A stretch of DNA of 64,000 nucleotides from a virus (taxonomy: Duplodnaviria; Caudoviricetes). This document shows positions 54,454-63,563 of the stretch, one piece after another. Below the pieces are notes generated by a model. That model saw only the letters and a program-made list of their open reading frames with translations, did no database searches and was not told the origin of the DNA. The DNA lies in the IMG/VR virus record IMGVR_UViG_649633106_000001; one strand, given 5' to 3'. The translations under genes were made by a program, and so were the position numbers. Position 1 is the first letter of the stretch, and the number at the start of each line of letters is the position of its first letter.

Positions 54454-56963
54454 GCTGCGAGTCGCTGGAAGTGGGCGGTTGCGAGACGCTGGTCCTGAAA
54501 GAGGAAACGCCCACCCTTCTCGAAGTGGCAGTACAGGGTCCGCCGGGCCCTCCTGGAGCGGACGGCGACCCCGGTCCCCCGGGGACCACCGACTACAACG
54601 ACCTGATCAACACGCCGACGCTCGGCAGTGCCGCTGCGCAGAACGTCGAGTTCTTCGCCGCCGCCACCTCGCTCATCACGACCAACAGCAATGTCGGCAG
54701 TTTGTCCACGTCCACCTCGACGGGCTGGAGCACCGCCACGAGCCGAATCGCGAGCCTGTCCACTGTTCTGAGCGCCGCGAGCAGCAATGTCAGCAGCCTT
54801 TCGACCTCAACGTCGAGCGGCCTGAGCACATCCACCAGCAGCATCAACAGCCTCTCAACCTCGACATCTTCGGGGCTGTCCACTTCGGTGAGCGGCATCG
54901 CGAGTTTGTCGACCTCTACGTCGAGCGCACTGAGCGCCGTGGCGGTGAGCCTTGCGGGCAAGGTCGACACCGCCCAGGTTGGTATCGGTGTTGCGCCGCT
55001 GGTGGCCGGTCTTGTGCCCTCGATTTACTTGCCCAGCTATGTGGATGACGTGCTGGAGTTTGCATCTCTGGGCAGCTTCCCCGGTGCCGGCGAGGCCGGG
55101 AAGATCTACATCGCCCTGGACACCAGCAGGCAGTACCGCTGGAGCGGTAGCGCTTACACCGAGCTGCTGGCGTCACCTGGCACGACCGACAACGTGGTCG
55201 AGGGCGTGTCGAACCTCTATTTCACGGTTGCGCGCGTGCGCAATGCTGTGCTCACGGGTCTGGTGGCCGGCGCCAATGCCGTCATCGCTGCGACCGACTC
55301 AGTTATCGGGGCGTTCCAGAAGCTGCAGGCCCAGATCTCGGCGCTCGTTGCTCTAGACGCTCAGAACGTCAAGATCACCGGTGATCAAGATGTGGCCGGC
55401 ATGAAGTCGGTGACGAACCGGGTGGATTTCAACACCGGGTCTTCCATGCGGTTCTACAACACCGCTGACAAGGTCACCAACACGGAGTACTCGTACTTCA
55501 CTTGGGTTGGTAACGAGTTCCGTTGGGCGACGGCGAACAGCGGCACCGGCGTGAACCGTGCCATCTCTCTTCAGCAGGTTGCCCGCTTTACAGGTGGCTC
55601 ATTGCCATACGTCACGTTGGGGGCAGCCAACGCGGTGACCACCGCTGGCACGCAGTCGCGCGCCATCGCGAACCACACTGCCGCTTCAGGCACTCAGACC
55701 ACCTTCGAGGTGTTCCCCACCATCGCCCAGACGGGGACTGCTGGTTACACCGCCTTCAACGTCAACCCGCAGATCACGACCACCGGGTCGGGGAACTTCC
55801 TCCTGCAGACCTGGCAGGTCACCAACGTGACTTGGGGCAGCTTCCGCTCCAACGGGTCTTTTGCGACGCGCGGTAGCGTTACGGCAGGTTCGAGCGACGG
55901 CCTTGCTACTGGCAGCTCGTTCCTCAATTCGCTCGGCTCTCTCGCCGTGCTGGTCACTCCCATCACGGCCAGCACCACGTTGGGCATCACGCACGGCGTG
56001 ATCACGGCGAACGCCACCGCTGGAAACATCGTCATCACCTTGCCGGCCGCGAGTTCTTGCCCTGGGCGGGTGTATCCGATCAAACGGATCGACTCCAGCG
56101 TGAACACGGTGACGATTGTCCCGAACGGCGCGGACCTGGTCGACTTCCTAACGTTCTACTCGCTGGAGCGAATTCTCAGCGCCGTCACGCTGCGCTCGGA
56201 CGGCAGCCGCTGGATCATCGAGTCGCGCACTGAATCGCAAGCGTTCGAACGCAGTGTGGGCGTCGTCAACTTGATGAGCGACAGCGGAAAGATGACGGCG
56301 CGCGCCAACCCTTTGGCGCTCAACGTGGGAGCGTTCGACGCGGGAAAGATGACGCTGTGGTTCGTGGCGTACAACGGCTCGAGCGCATGGTCCGAGGTCG
56401 GCAAGTTCATCTTCGACAACACCACGAACGGCGGTGCGGCGGGCGCGCTGACTGCAACCACGTCCGACTTGATCGCGGCCATGGGTCGCACTGGTACCTC
56501 GGCTCGCTACGGCTCCGAGTTCTACATCGCTGAGCGCACTGCCGGTGCTGGCACAGCGAACCCTCATCCGCTCTTCGCAGCTAACTACCTCTCCTCGACC
56601 ATGAACTCGGTCGTGCAGGCCGTGATGAATGCCGACCGCGCTGTGACGTTCGCCGGCTGGATTCGTGCGATCGACAACGACCAGGTGGTGGTTGGCGTGC
56701 AGGCAGCTGGGGTGCAGCAGGTCTACCTCAATGGTGTGCGCCAAGCCGGTGTAAGCGCTGGAGCGGTCATCACACCTGCCATGGGGTGGTGCCACGTCCG
56801 TGTGGTCATTCGCAGCGCCATCGGTTACCAGAACGCATCGCCGAACATCTACGCACAAGCCGGCCAGAAGTTTCAAGTCGCGCTCCCCGCGTGGATGTAC
56901 GGCGAAGCGAACCCCGGCGTGCATACGACGGCCATCCAGACCATCAACGAGCTGATCCCATGA
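54450..56963 (+). CDS. Tail fibre / receptor-binding protein
   Basis: Collagen GPPGPPG, SLSTSTS repeats, LPSYVDDVLE..GEAGKIY..YRWSGSAY module, ITLPAA..IKRID module. Confidence 0.85.
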   Translation: MSCESLEVGGCETLVLKEETPTLLEVAVQGPPGPPGADGDPGPPGTTDYNDLINTPTLGSAAAQNVEFFAAATSLITTNSNVGSLSTSTSTGWSTATSRIASLSTVLSAASSNVSSLSTSTSSGLSTSTSSINSLSTSTSSGLSTSVSGIASLSTSTSSALSAVAVSLAGKVDTAQVGIGVAPLVAGLVPSIYLPSYVDDVLEFASLGSFPGAGEAGKIYIALDTSRQYRWSGSAYTELLASPGTTDNVVEGVSNLYFTVARVRNAVLTGLVAGANAVIAATDSVIGAFQKLQAQISALVALDAQNVKITGDQDVAGMKSVTNRVDFNTGSSMRFYNTADKVTNTEYSYFTWVGNEFRWATANSGTGVNRAISLQQVARFTGGSLPYVTLGAANAVTTAGTQSRAIANHTAASGTQTTFEVFPTIAQTGTAGYTAFNVNPQITTTGSGNFLLQTWQVTNVTWGSFRSNGSFATRGSVTAGSSDGLATGSSFLNSLGSLAVLVTPITASTTLGITHGVITANATAGNIVITLPAASSCPGRVYPIKRIDSSVNTVTIVPNGADLVDFLTFYSLERILSAVTLRSDGSRWIIESRTESQAFERSVGVVNLMSDSGKMTARANPLALNVGAFDAGKMTLWFVAYNGSSAWSEVGKFIFDNTTNGGAAGALTATTSDLIAAMGRTGTSARYGSEFYIAERTAGAGTANPHPLFAANYLSSTMNSVVQAVMNADRAVTFAGWIRAIDNDQVVVGVQAAGVQQVYLNGVRQAGVSAGAVITPAMGWCHVRVVIRSAIGYQNASPNIYAQAGQKFQVALPAWMYGEANPGVHTTAIQTINELIP

Positions 56964-57133
56964 CCGACCACACCGTCATCACCACCGAGGACGAGTACGT
57001 CCGCTGCAAGGATCAGGTCTACCGGCAGACCATCGAGCGCGATGCGTTGAACGAGACCATCGCCGACATCAGCAACGCCGTCGCGGTGTGGGAAGTAGGG
57101 CACCCGCCCGCGGAAGAGGCGGGGCCCCTGTAG
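56960..57133 (+). CDS. Small acidic protein (possible fibre chaperone)
   Basis: ATGA overlap with the fibre stop; its stop lies inside promoter motif 7. Confidence 0.5.
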   Translation: MTDHTVITTEDEYVRCKDQVYRQTIERDALNETIADISNAVAVWEVGHPPAEEAGPL

Positions 57134-57165
57134 GGTTTCACAGGTCAGGCAGGGCCCGGAATCAT
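57125..57165 (+). promoter_or_regulatory. Late promoter motif copy 7 (lysis cassette)
   Basis: CCCCTGTAGGGTT, AATCAT at +29, ATG 57174. Confidence 0.75.
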
Positions 57166-57173
57166 CCAGGCTC

Positions 57174-57443
57174 ATGCGAAACGAAACTATCGACACCCTG
57201 GCCGCCGTCGGCGGGAAAGCATCCGTGACCGGCGTCGGCATGACCGGTGTGGGCTGGTTCCTTTCCAACGAGTTTTTTGGGCTGGTCGGCGCGCTCGTAG
57301 CCATCGGCGGCCTGGTGCTGGCGTGGTACTACAAGCGCGAGGCCAACCGTCGGCAACTGGTCGAGCATGAGCTGCGCGTTGCGCGCTTGCGCCGCGGCAT
57401 GAGATCGGACACCGACCTCGGCGAGCTGGGCAGGGACGACTGA
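57174..57443 (+). CDS. Holin
   Basis: Hydrophobic segments, charged C-terminus, directly before the endolysin. Confidence 0.8.
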   Translation: MRNETIDTLAAVGGKASVTGVGMTGVGWFLSNEFFGLVGALVAIGGLVLAWYYKREANRRQLVEHELRVARLRRGMRSDTDLGELGRDD

Positions 57444-57994
57444 TGAAGGGCGTGCGCATCGCGGTTGCCGCCCTCACCTTATCGGCAGCTGGTTTCGCTG
57501 CGTGGGTGCAGCACGAGGGCACCGGCCCTGTTGCAGTCCGTGCGGACGGCGCCGAGGTGCTGAAGCCCTACATCCCCACCCAAGGGGATGTTCCAACGAT
57601 CGGTCATGGATCGACCCGCTACGAAGACGGTACGCGCGTGACGCTGACAGATCCGGCGATCACGCGCCGGCGCGCCGAGGAGCTCGCGCGCAATCTGAAC
57701 CGCTCCGAAGAGCGGCGCTTCGCTGCCTCGCTGCCGGGTGTGCTGCTCACCCAGGAGGAGTTCGACCTCTACATGGACTTCGTTGGCCAGTACGGCATGC
57801 CCAACTGGTTGGGCTCCAGTATGCGGCGCGAGCTGCTCGCCGGGCGGCCGCGCGCGGCGTGCGACGCGCTGCTCAACTGGCGCTTTCAAGCAGGCCGCGA
57901 TTGCAAGCTGCCGCAGAACTGGGGCCCGACTGGCTGCAAGGGCGTTTGGTTGCGACAGCAGGCGCGGCATCAGGCCTGCATTGCCGCGCAGTAG
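57443..57994 (+). CDS. SAR endolysin (GH24 lysozyme)
   Basis: Ala/Gly-rich N-terminal anchor followed by HEG; GDVPTIGHGST; ACDALLNW; GVWLRQ. Confidence 0.88.
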   Translation: MKGVRIAVAALTLSAAGFAAWVQHEGTGPVAVRADGAEVLKPYIPTQGDVPTIGHGSTRYEDGTRVTLTDPAITRRRAEELARNLNRSEERRFAASLPGVLLTQEEFDLYMDFVGQYGMPNWLGSSMRRELLAGRPRAACDALLNWRFQAGRDCKLPQNWGPTGCKGVWLRQQARHQACIAAQ

Positions 57995-58002
57995 GAGGAG
58001 TC

Positions 58003-58527
58003 ATGCTGCCCGACCTACGAACCCCCATGCTCTGGGCCCTCTGCCTGGGTCTCGCCGGAGCACTGCTGACGGCAGGCGTCGAGCGCACACGCGCCGCCAG
58101 TGCTCGCGCTGAAGCCTCCACAGCGCGAAAGGATCTTGCCGAGTTCCGCGCCACGCAGGCGGAGTCCGGCCGCCTGGCCGAGCGAGCGGCCCGCAATACC
58201 GAACAGACCTGGCGCGCCCGCGTCGATGGAGTGATTCAAGATGGCCAAAAACAGATTGCCGCTGCTCGTGCTGATGCTGCTTCCGCTGCAGATGCTGAGC
58301 GCCGGTTGCGCACACAACTCGCAGCCTTCCGTGCCGCAGTCCGTACAGCCAGCACAGCGCCCACCCCTGCCGAAGGAGGGGCGGCAGCCGCCGACCCCCT
58401 CGATCTGCTTGCCGACCTGTTCGGCCGGGCTGACGCTCGAGCGGGAGAACTGGCGCGGATCGCTGATGAAAGGGGTGCCGCCGGCACCACCTGTGAGCGG
58501 CACGCCGACGCGACCGAGTCCAAATAA
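58003..58527 (+). CDS. Rz: i-spanin (Rz, DUF2514-like)
   Basis: AGGAGGAG SD, N-terminal TM, coiled coil, ELARIADERGAAGTTCE. Confidence 0.85.
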   Translation: MLPDLRTPMLWALCLGLAGALLTAGVERTRAASARAEASTARKDLAEFRATQAESGRLAERAARNTEQTWRARVDGVIQDGQKQIAAARADAASAADAERRLRTQLAAFRAAVRTASTAPTPAEGGAAAADPLDLLADLFGRADARAGELARIADERGAAGTTCERHADATESK

Positions 58528-58531
58528 CTAG
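58241..58531 (+). CDS. Rz1: o-spanin lipoprotein overlapping Rz in the +1 frame
   Basis: Lipobox LSAGC after a hydrophobic signal; Pro-rich mature part. Confidence 0.8.
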   Translation: MAKNRLPLLVLMLLPLQMLSAGCAHNSQPSVPQSVQPAQRPPLPKEGRQPPTPSICLPTCSAGLTLERENWRGSLMKGVPPAPPVSGTPTRPSPNN

Positions 58532-58779
58532 GCTTGCAGCGGCACTTCGCCGCCATCGGCCGCGATCATCACTCCCGGGGTGTTCTCAGTGACCTCGATC
58601 GGCACGCCCATGTGCTTGGGCTCGCTGATGGTCTTCGGGTCAGCTCCGCACATCAGACGAGATTCGTTGTACTCGGCGCGTTGCGCTGGCGTCAGAACGA
58701 ATTTCTTCGGGTAGGTGTTGCTGTTGGCCCTCCAGTGCGCGGAGAGCTTTTCGGTCATCGTGAGATACAGGGTTGCCAT
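58528..58779 (-). CDS. Hypothetical protein
   Basis: 83 aa globular-looking ORF. Confidence 0.65.
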   Translation of the reverse strand: MATLYLTMTEKLSAHWRANSNTYPKKFVLTPAQRAEYNESRLMCGADPKTISEPKHMGVPIEVTENTPGVMIAADGGEVPLQA

Positions 58780-58808
58780 CGCCTGATCGTACCGGCCGCG
58801 CCGCAGGC

Positions 58809-59072
58809 TCAGCGGGCCGCTCCAAGCTGCTTGGCCAACGCCGGCAACGCTTCCTCGGCCGTGGGCACGAAGGTGGCCGCGTTGGCCAGTATCTTCCCAA
58901 CGCCCTCGGCGCCGTACGCAACCACGGGCAGGCCCAGCGCGGTTGCCCCGCCCACCTCAAACACCGTGCCAAAGTCCGGTTCGGCGCCGCGGAAGGGCTC
59001 GAGGTTGGCGATCACCCCATCCGCAGCCCCGGACGCAACCGGTAGTCCCAGATTTTTTGGCGGCGACCCCAT
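58809..59072 (-). pseudogene. Truncated nucleoside 2'-deoxyribosyltransferase-like gene
   Basis: ADGVIANLEPFRGAEPDFGTVFEVG..ALGLPVVAY; N-terminal part absent. Confidence 0.65.
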
Positions 59073-59144
59073 GCGAAAGCCGTATTGCGCGAAGCGAACT
59101 CCCGGGTTTTACTGGCACGCCAAAAAACACCCGTAGGAGCCTTG

Positions 59145-59435
59145 ATGGGTAAGGCTAGTTATCACAAGGCGACGGTGACCTTGAAGCTGCCGTCCGCGAC
59201 CGCCCCCGACGCAGAACTGACGGCGCTCCGAGCCGCCGGCATTCCAGTCGATGATCTGGGCGTCCCGGCGTCAGGTTATCTGCACATGAGGACAACCAGG
59301 GACTACCGTTCCCACATCTTTAGATGGTTCGCCGGTAGCGGTGGCGTTGGCGCCGGAGGGGATGCGATGCAACGGGTCACTTTTCCGCCCGTTGACAGAA
59401 CGTGTCGACTTTTTTGGCGCGACGACCGCCCATGA
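59145..59435 (+). CDS. Hypothetical protein
   Basis: AGGAG SD before ATG 59145; ends at the terminator. Confidence 0.45.
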   Translation: MGKASYHKATVTLKLPSATAPDAELTALRAAGIPVDDLGVPASGYLHMRTTRDYRSHIFRWFAGSGGVGAGGDAMQRVTFPPVDRTCRLFWRDDRP

Positions 59436-59459
59436 AAAAGCCGCCCGAAGGCGGCTTTT
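59435..59459. terminator. Bidirectional intrinsic terminator
   Basis: AAAAAGCCGCC CGAA GGCGGCTTTT between convergent genes. Confidence 0.85.
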
Positions 59460-59471
59460 GGGTTTGGGGCG

Positions 59472-60497
59472 TCAGATGCCCTTGCCCGTGTCTTCTTGTT
59501 CCGGCCCCGTGGGTTTGTCCATTCGTGGCGCGATCTTGTCGAGCTTCACCTTGAACTCATCGTAGTTCTCGCTGAACGACATGGTGGCGATGACCTTGCC
59601 AAGGTGCTGCTGGAGCTTGGGATAGCCCAGATTTCCCGTGAGGCTCTGAAAGTACTTCGCTTTCGGGCGACCATCCTCGTTCCGTGGGGTCACGCGTTGC
59701 AACTCTTCGAGAACGCCAGGTGCCAAGCGTTTGTAGACGATGTCGTTGGTCAGGACGCCGAAGTACTGCGGGCGCTTAACCGAGTCGGTCGAGAAGGGGA
59801 GACCGCGAAGGCGAAACAGTTCCTTGTAGTACTCGATAGGAAAAGTTTGAACATAGGGCTGGATTTCCTGGGCCACAAACGCTTCAAGAATCTTGGCAAG
59901 CGCGTCGCGTGCACGATCGGCCTGATAGCCCGTAGCCTCGTCGACCAACGCGATGATGCCAACACGTGCGAATCCACGCACCAGAATCTCGCATTGCTTA
60001 GCGATCATTTGCTGACGTTCGCCGACAAGTTGGCCCGAAGCGCGAGCAGCCAGGATCGCTTCGCAGAGATCTGCCAAAACGGTTGCCGGATAGCCGTGGG
60101 CAGGGCGTCCCCCGTGCTTCGGACGGAACACGATGGGCTTCTTCAGAATCAGTGCGAGGTCCGGGGTGATCAGCTTTTGCGCCAGCAAGGCGTTGGCCAA
60201 GACGGTCAACTGGTCTTCGCCCGATGGTGTCGAGCCGCGCGGAAGACCAAGGCCCGCAAGAAGGCCGCGTTGTGAGAGCACGCGTGTTTCATCTTCAAGC
60301 ACGTAGCACGGAATCTCTACGTCGCCGATCGTGAGCGGCTTCTCATCGGAACCGTGAGTCGCCCGGAGGGCGAGTGCGGCCTGCTGCTTGGCCAGATGGC
60401 CCTTCTTGGAAATTTCGCGCTTGCGCTCCTCAGAAAGAGCAGCCGCTCGGGCGAGCCCGCCTGCTGCGCGACCTGGTGTCTTCTTGGCGGTGGACAT
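59472..60497 (-). CDS. P63C-domain protein
   Basis: IPCYVLED..RVLSQRG, ARVGIIALVDEATGYQ, FP.EYYKELFRL, RPQYFGVLTNDIVYKRLAPGVL. Confidence 0.9.
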   Translation of the reverse strand: MSTAKKTPGRAAGGLARAAALSEERKREISKKGHLAKQQAALALRATHGSDEKPLTIGDVEIPCYVLEDETRVLSQRGLLAGLGLPRGSTPSGEDQLTVLANALLAQKLITPDLALILKKPIVFRPKHGGRPAHGYPATVLADLCEAILAARASGQLVGERQQMIAKQCEILVRGFARVGIIALVDEATGYQADRARDALAKILEAFVAQEIQPYVQTFPIEYYKELFRLRGLPFSTDSVKRPQYFGVLTNDIVYKRLAPGVLEELQRVTPRNEDGRPKAKYFQSLTGNLGYPKLQQHLGKVIATMSFSENYDEFKVKLDKIAPRMDKPTGPEQEDTGKGI

Positions 60498-60685
60498 TTG
60501 AAGCCTTTCTTTAAAAGAAGGCTGAAATATACCTGCAAAAAACACAAATGCAAGCAAAGTTATAAAAATTGCCTGCAACAACGGTGGCGGGCAGGTGATG
60601 ACAAGACGAGATTCGGGATCGAGCGCGGTCGCGACCGAAGGCGGACTGGGTTTCCGCGCTTCCTGCTTCGAGACCGCGAACGCGT

Positions 60686-61090
60686 TTAGACCGGGCCAAC
60701 CTCGAAGTACGCCTCCTGGGTGTCTCCCATGTCGCGGAAGCCGGCCGTGCGTGCAGCGTCGTAGGCCTTGGCCCAGCGCATGGCCAGCGCGATCTCGGCC
60801 TTCGTGAGGTCCGCTTCGCCGGATTCGCTGGCGTTCTGGAAGGCGCGCAGCGCCGGCACCACGTCGGCGCCGAGCTGGCGGTCGAGCTCGCGCCGGAAGC
60901 GCTGCTCAGCACCCCTGAGTGCTTCGTCGACAGCGGGGTAGTCGAGCAGGCGCACGGTGTACGCGACCCGATACACCGGCTCGGTGTCCTCGAAGACAAA
61001 CGGTGCGTCATCTTCTGCGAGGTTTTGTGGCGAAGGAAGGACAGGTGCCGGCGCCGCCGGCCGTGGATGAAACAGTTCAGCTTGGGTCAT
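60686..61090 (-). CDS. Hypothetical protein (SOS-box locus)
   Basis: 134 aa, third gene of the leftward cluster. Confidence 0.65.
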   Translation of the reverse strand: MTQAELFHPRPAAPAPVLPSPQNLAEDDAPFVFEDTEPVYRVAYTVRLLDYPAVDEALRGAEQRFRRELDRQLGADVVPALRAFQNASESGEADLTKAEIALAMRWAKAYDAARTAGFRDMGDTQEAYFEVGPV

Positions 61091-61112
61091 GGTTGTACCT
61101 ACGAAATCCCCG

Positions 61113-61505
61113 TCACCAGGGGTAGTCATCGTCGTTTGTGTGGAAGCCTGAGGAACTGCGCGCGTCCATGCGTGCAAGCGCGGCGAGAGCACGCTCGAGG
61201 TCGAACATGCACCACCACATCTGGTACTTCGGTTCAGGCTTGCTCTTCACGCCGCGGTGGTGAAACTCCACTCCCCTGATGAAGGCGCCGCCCTCTCGCG
61301 TCTCTAGCCACTTCGCGTACTGCAGGGGTTTCACAATATCTATTTGGGGGGCGCCCGGATCGATCAAGCGGGCGTGCTTTGTCGGTCCCCAATGCTCGCG
61401 ATTGGCCGCCCCATAGATCACTTCGCCGACAAAGTGCGGCGAGCCAAGAACCTGGCTGCGCGACCGCCACGAGCCGCGTTCGCGCAAGAGCACCACTTTG
61501 GCCAC
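61113..61505 (-). CDS. Hypothetical protein (SOS-box locus)
   Basis: GAGGTG SD; GVE..QMWWC. Confidence 0.65.
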   Translation of the reverse strand: MAKVVLLRERGSWRSRSQVLGSPHFVGEVIYGAANREHWGPTKHARLIDPGAPQIDIVKPLQYAKWLETREGGAFIRGVEFHHRGVKSKPEPKYQMWWCMFDLERALAALARMDARSSSGFHTNDDDYPW

Positions 61506-61523
61506 GATTCACCTCACGCGTCC

Positions 61524-61973
61524 TCAACCCGGGATAGGTCCATACACCGCTCGGATGTGCTCGCCCGCGTTCTGGAAGTCCGGGTCGCCGTAGCCGTCGC
61601 CGATTTTGGCGCAGAGGGCCACCACACCGTAGGCGTAGTCGACCAGGTTCTGATCGAGCTTGTCGCCGGCTTTGATGATGCCGTGCTCGGCGGCCAGGGC
61701 CGTGAAGGCGCCCAACGGATCGCGCACCCTTTGTCCTTGACTTTGGAAGCGCTCTTCGGCCTCGTTGAAGTGCTGCTGCGCGTATTCGGCTGGGGCGGTG
61801 TTGCCGTGGACCTTGAACAGCTCGCACCCTTGCTCAAACAGGTACTCCATGTCGGCTTTGCCATCGGCGATCTCGTGCCATGCGTCGGCGAACGCCATGG
61901 CCCAGGTCGAGGCGGCGTCTGGGGGGGGGCGATCCTCTTCGAGGTCCAGAGGGGTGATGATGTTGACGACCAT
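61524..61973 (-). CDS. Hypothetical protein (SOS-box locus)
   Basis: AGGAG SD; directly downstream of the LexA box. Confidence 0.7.
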   Translation of the reverse strand: MVVNIITPLDLEEDRPPPDAASTWAMAFADAWHEIADGKADMEYLFEQGCELFKVHGNTAPAEYAQQHFNEAEERFQSQGQRVRDPLGAFTALAAEHGIIKAGDKLDQNLVDYAYGVVALCAKIGDGYGDPDFQNAGEHIRAVYGPIPG

Positions 61974-61989
61974 GTCGATCTCCTAAAAG

Positions 61990-62009
61990 TACTGGATGGA
62001 TAAACAGTA
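61990..62009. promoter_or_regulatory. LexA (SOS) box
   Basis: TACTGGATGGATAAACAGTA = TACTG-N10-CAGTA between divergent genes. Confidence 0.85.
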
Positions 62010-62060
62010 TCTTCCTGGGGTTTTCAGCCGTCAATGGGTCTCCGAGCGCAAAATGAGGCC

Positions 62061-62828
62061 ATGTGTACTCGTTACATTTCCCCCGAGGATCGCGAGATCG
62101 AGGCGGCCTGGCACATCGGCGCACGTACGCCGGAGCGGTGGGTTCGCAGCATGCGGCCGCTGTACATGGGGCCGTTCATGCGTCGGGCGCGAGACGTGAC
62201 CGAGTACGAGCGCGAGCTGGTGGTCGGGCAGTGGGGGCTGATACCCGCGTTCTCGCCCAATCACATCCCCCAGACCAAGCCGCGCAAGGGCGACACCAAA
62301 GGAATCCTCCTCTCGACGTTCAACGCGCGCTTCGCCGGCATCGAGAAGAAGCCGGCGTTCAAGGATGCATGGGCGCACGGGCGGCGCTGCATCATCCCTG
62401 CGGTGAATTTCGATGAGCCGAACTGGGAATCCGGCAAGAACGAGTGGTGGCGCTTCGGCCGTGCGGATGGTCGCCTCTGGGGCTTGGCCGGCCTGTGGAG
62501 CAACTGGCTGGACTACGAGACTGAGATCATGTGGGAGAGCTACACAATGCTCACCCTGAACGCCAACCTGCATCCGATCATGTCGCGCATGCACAAGCCC
62601 GAGATCGACAAGACGACGAAGAAGCCGCTGGAGGTGCAGGACAAGCGCTCGGTCGTTGCGATCGAGGAGCACGACTTCGACCGCTGGCTGACCTGCACGC
62701 CTGAAGAAGCGCGGGAGATGGTCGAACTCATACCGGCAGATCGGATGATCGCAGCGCCGGCGCCGGTCGATGTGAAGCCTGCCGGGAAGAAGCGAATGAA
62801 TGATGAGGAAGAGGAACTGCCGTTCTGA
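62061..62828 (+). CDS. SRAP (YedK/HMCES) abasic-site protein
   Basis: MCTRY with Cys2, WGLIP, TFNAR, RRCIIPA..F.E, LAGLW, MHKP. Confidence 0.92.
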   Translation: MCTRYISPEDREIEAAWHIGARTPERWVRSMRPLYMGPFMRRARDVTEYERELVVGQWGLIPAFSPNHIPQTKPRKGDTKGILLSTFNARFAGIEKKPAFKDAWAHGRRCIIPAVNFDEPNWESGKNEWWRFGRADGRLWGLAGLWSNWLDYETEIMWESYTMLTLNANLHPIMSRMHKPEIDKTTKKPLEVQDKRSVVAIEEHDFDRWLTCTPEEAREMVELIPADRMIAAPAPVDVKPAGKKRMNDEEEELPF

Positions 62829-62872
62829 CGCCTCAATGCGACTCACAAAACTGCGTGCGACAAGGACTGCCT

Positions 62873-63166
62873 ATGACGATGGTGCTGAAGGTCCCGGGTG
62901 CCAACCCGGAAGAAATCGCGAAGGGCCTTCGGGCCGCGCAGGCAGTCTTGGACGCGGCGGGCGTGACCGATGTGCAAGGTGCGTGGGGCCTGCATGAGCT
63001 TGAGAGCTTTGACGATTCATTGGGACGGAGCGCCAAGCCCCGCCCCGGCGCGGTGGGCGCGGCGTTTGCCTTGGCGCAGGCGAGAAAGGCGGCTCTTGCA
63101 GCTTGCTGCGAGGGATGGGGACAACTCCCGAGGCCTGGCCAGTGGACCTTGGACGTGTTGGTATGA
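62873..63166 (+). CDS. Hypothetical protein
   Basis: AAGGA SD before ATG 62873. Confidence 0.55.
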   Translation: MTMVLKVPGANPEEIAKGLRAAQAVLDAAGVTDVQGAWGLHELESFDDSLGRSAKPRPGAVGAAFALAQARKAALAACCEGWGQLPRPGQWTLDVLV

Positions 63167-63254
63167 CCATGCGGCTGAATCGATTCGCGCGTGAACCGCG
63201 CACCAGCCGAAGTAACATCTCCGATGTCTAGACCCATAACGGAGGCGGGCGGCG

Positions 63255-63479
63255 ATGCCGATGAACTTTTTGCAACGCATCGAGGATGCGTCGTTTCCCC
63301 TGCACATCAATGAGGAAGCCGACATCCAGTGCGCAGCAGTCCTAGCCGCTGCACAGCTGGTCGAAGCCAACCTGCCCGAACCTGGAGATCCTGCCGGCAA
63401 GGGGGCCGTGATCCTTCGCATCACGCCAATGGGCAGAGCAGAACTTAGTAGACTCCGCGGGCCAACGAGTGCAGGTTGA
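63255..63479 (+). CDS. Hypothetical protein
   Basis: GGAGG SD; 74 aa. Confidence 0.6.
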   Translation: MPMNFLQRIEDASFPLHINEEADIQCAAVLAAAQLVEANLPEPGDPAGKGAVILRITPMGRAELSRLRGPTSAG

Positions 63480-63563
63480 TGGGCGCCTAAGCGAGGGGGC
63501 CTCGCCGGACGTACCAACCGAACCTCCGCCAAACGCGCAACAGAGCGTAGAGCGCCATGATGC

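Larger units (their letters stand above)
1..62828. mobile_element. Temperate prophage (lambdoid early region, N4-gp56-like capsid, podovirus-like virion); boundaries not resolved
   Basis: Ordered integrase, xis, recombination, cI/cro, replication, terminase, portal, capsid, tail and lysis genes; left end runs off the window, right end uncertain. Confidence 0.95.

Noticed and set aside
54450-56963. Diversity-generating retroelement or invertible fibre cassette
   Set aside because: No reverse transcriptase, invertase or duplicated template/variable repeat seen.
21374-57165. TAGGGTT repeats as a CRISPR array, telomere-like repeat or integron attC sites
   Set aside because: Dispersed single copies, no spacer periodicity or attC-like hairpin; the fixed distance to a -10-like hexamer and ATG fits promoters.
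58241-58531. Overlapping gene within Rz as a novelty
   Set aside because: Well-known Rz/Rz1 arrangement; listed as a feature only.
62011-62061. CCTGGGGTTTT upstream of SRAP as an eighth late promoter
   Set aside because: Short C-run and the -10-like CAAAAT is at +33, not +29/30; the LexA box explains this locus.
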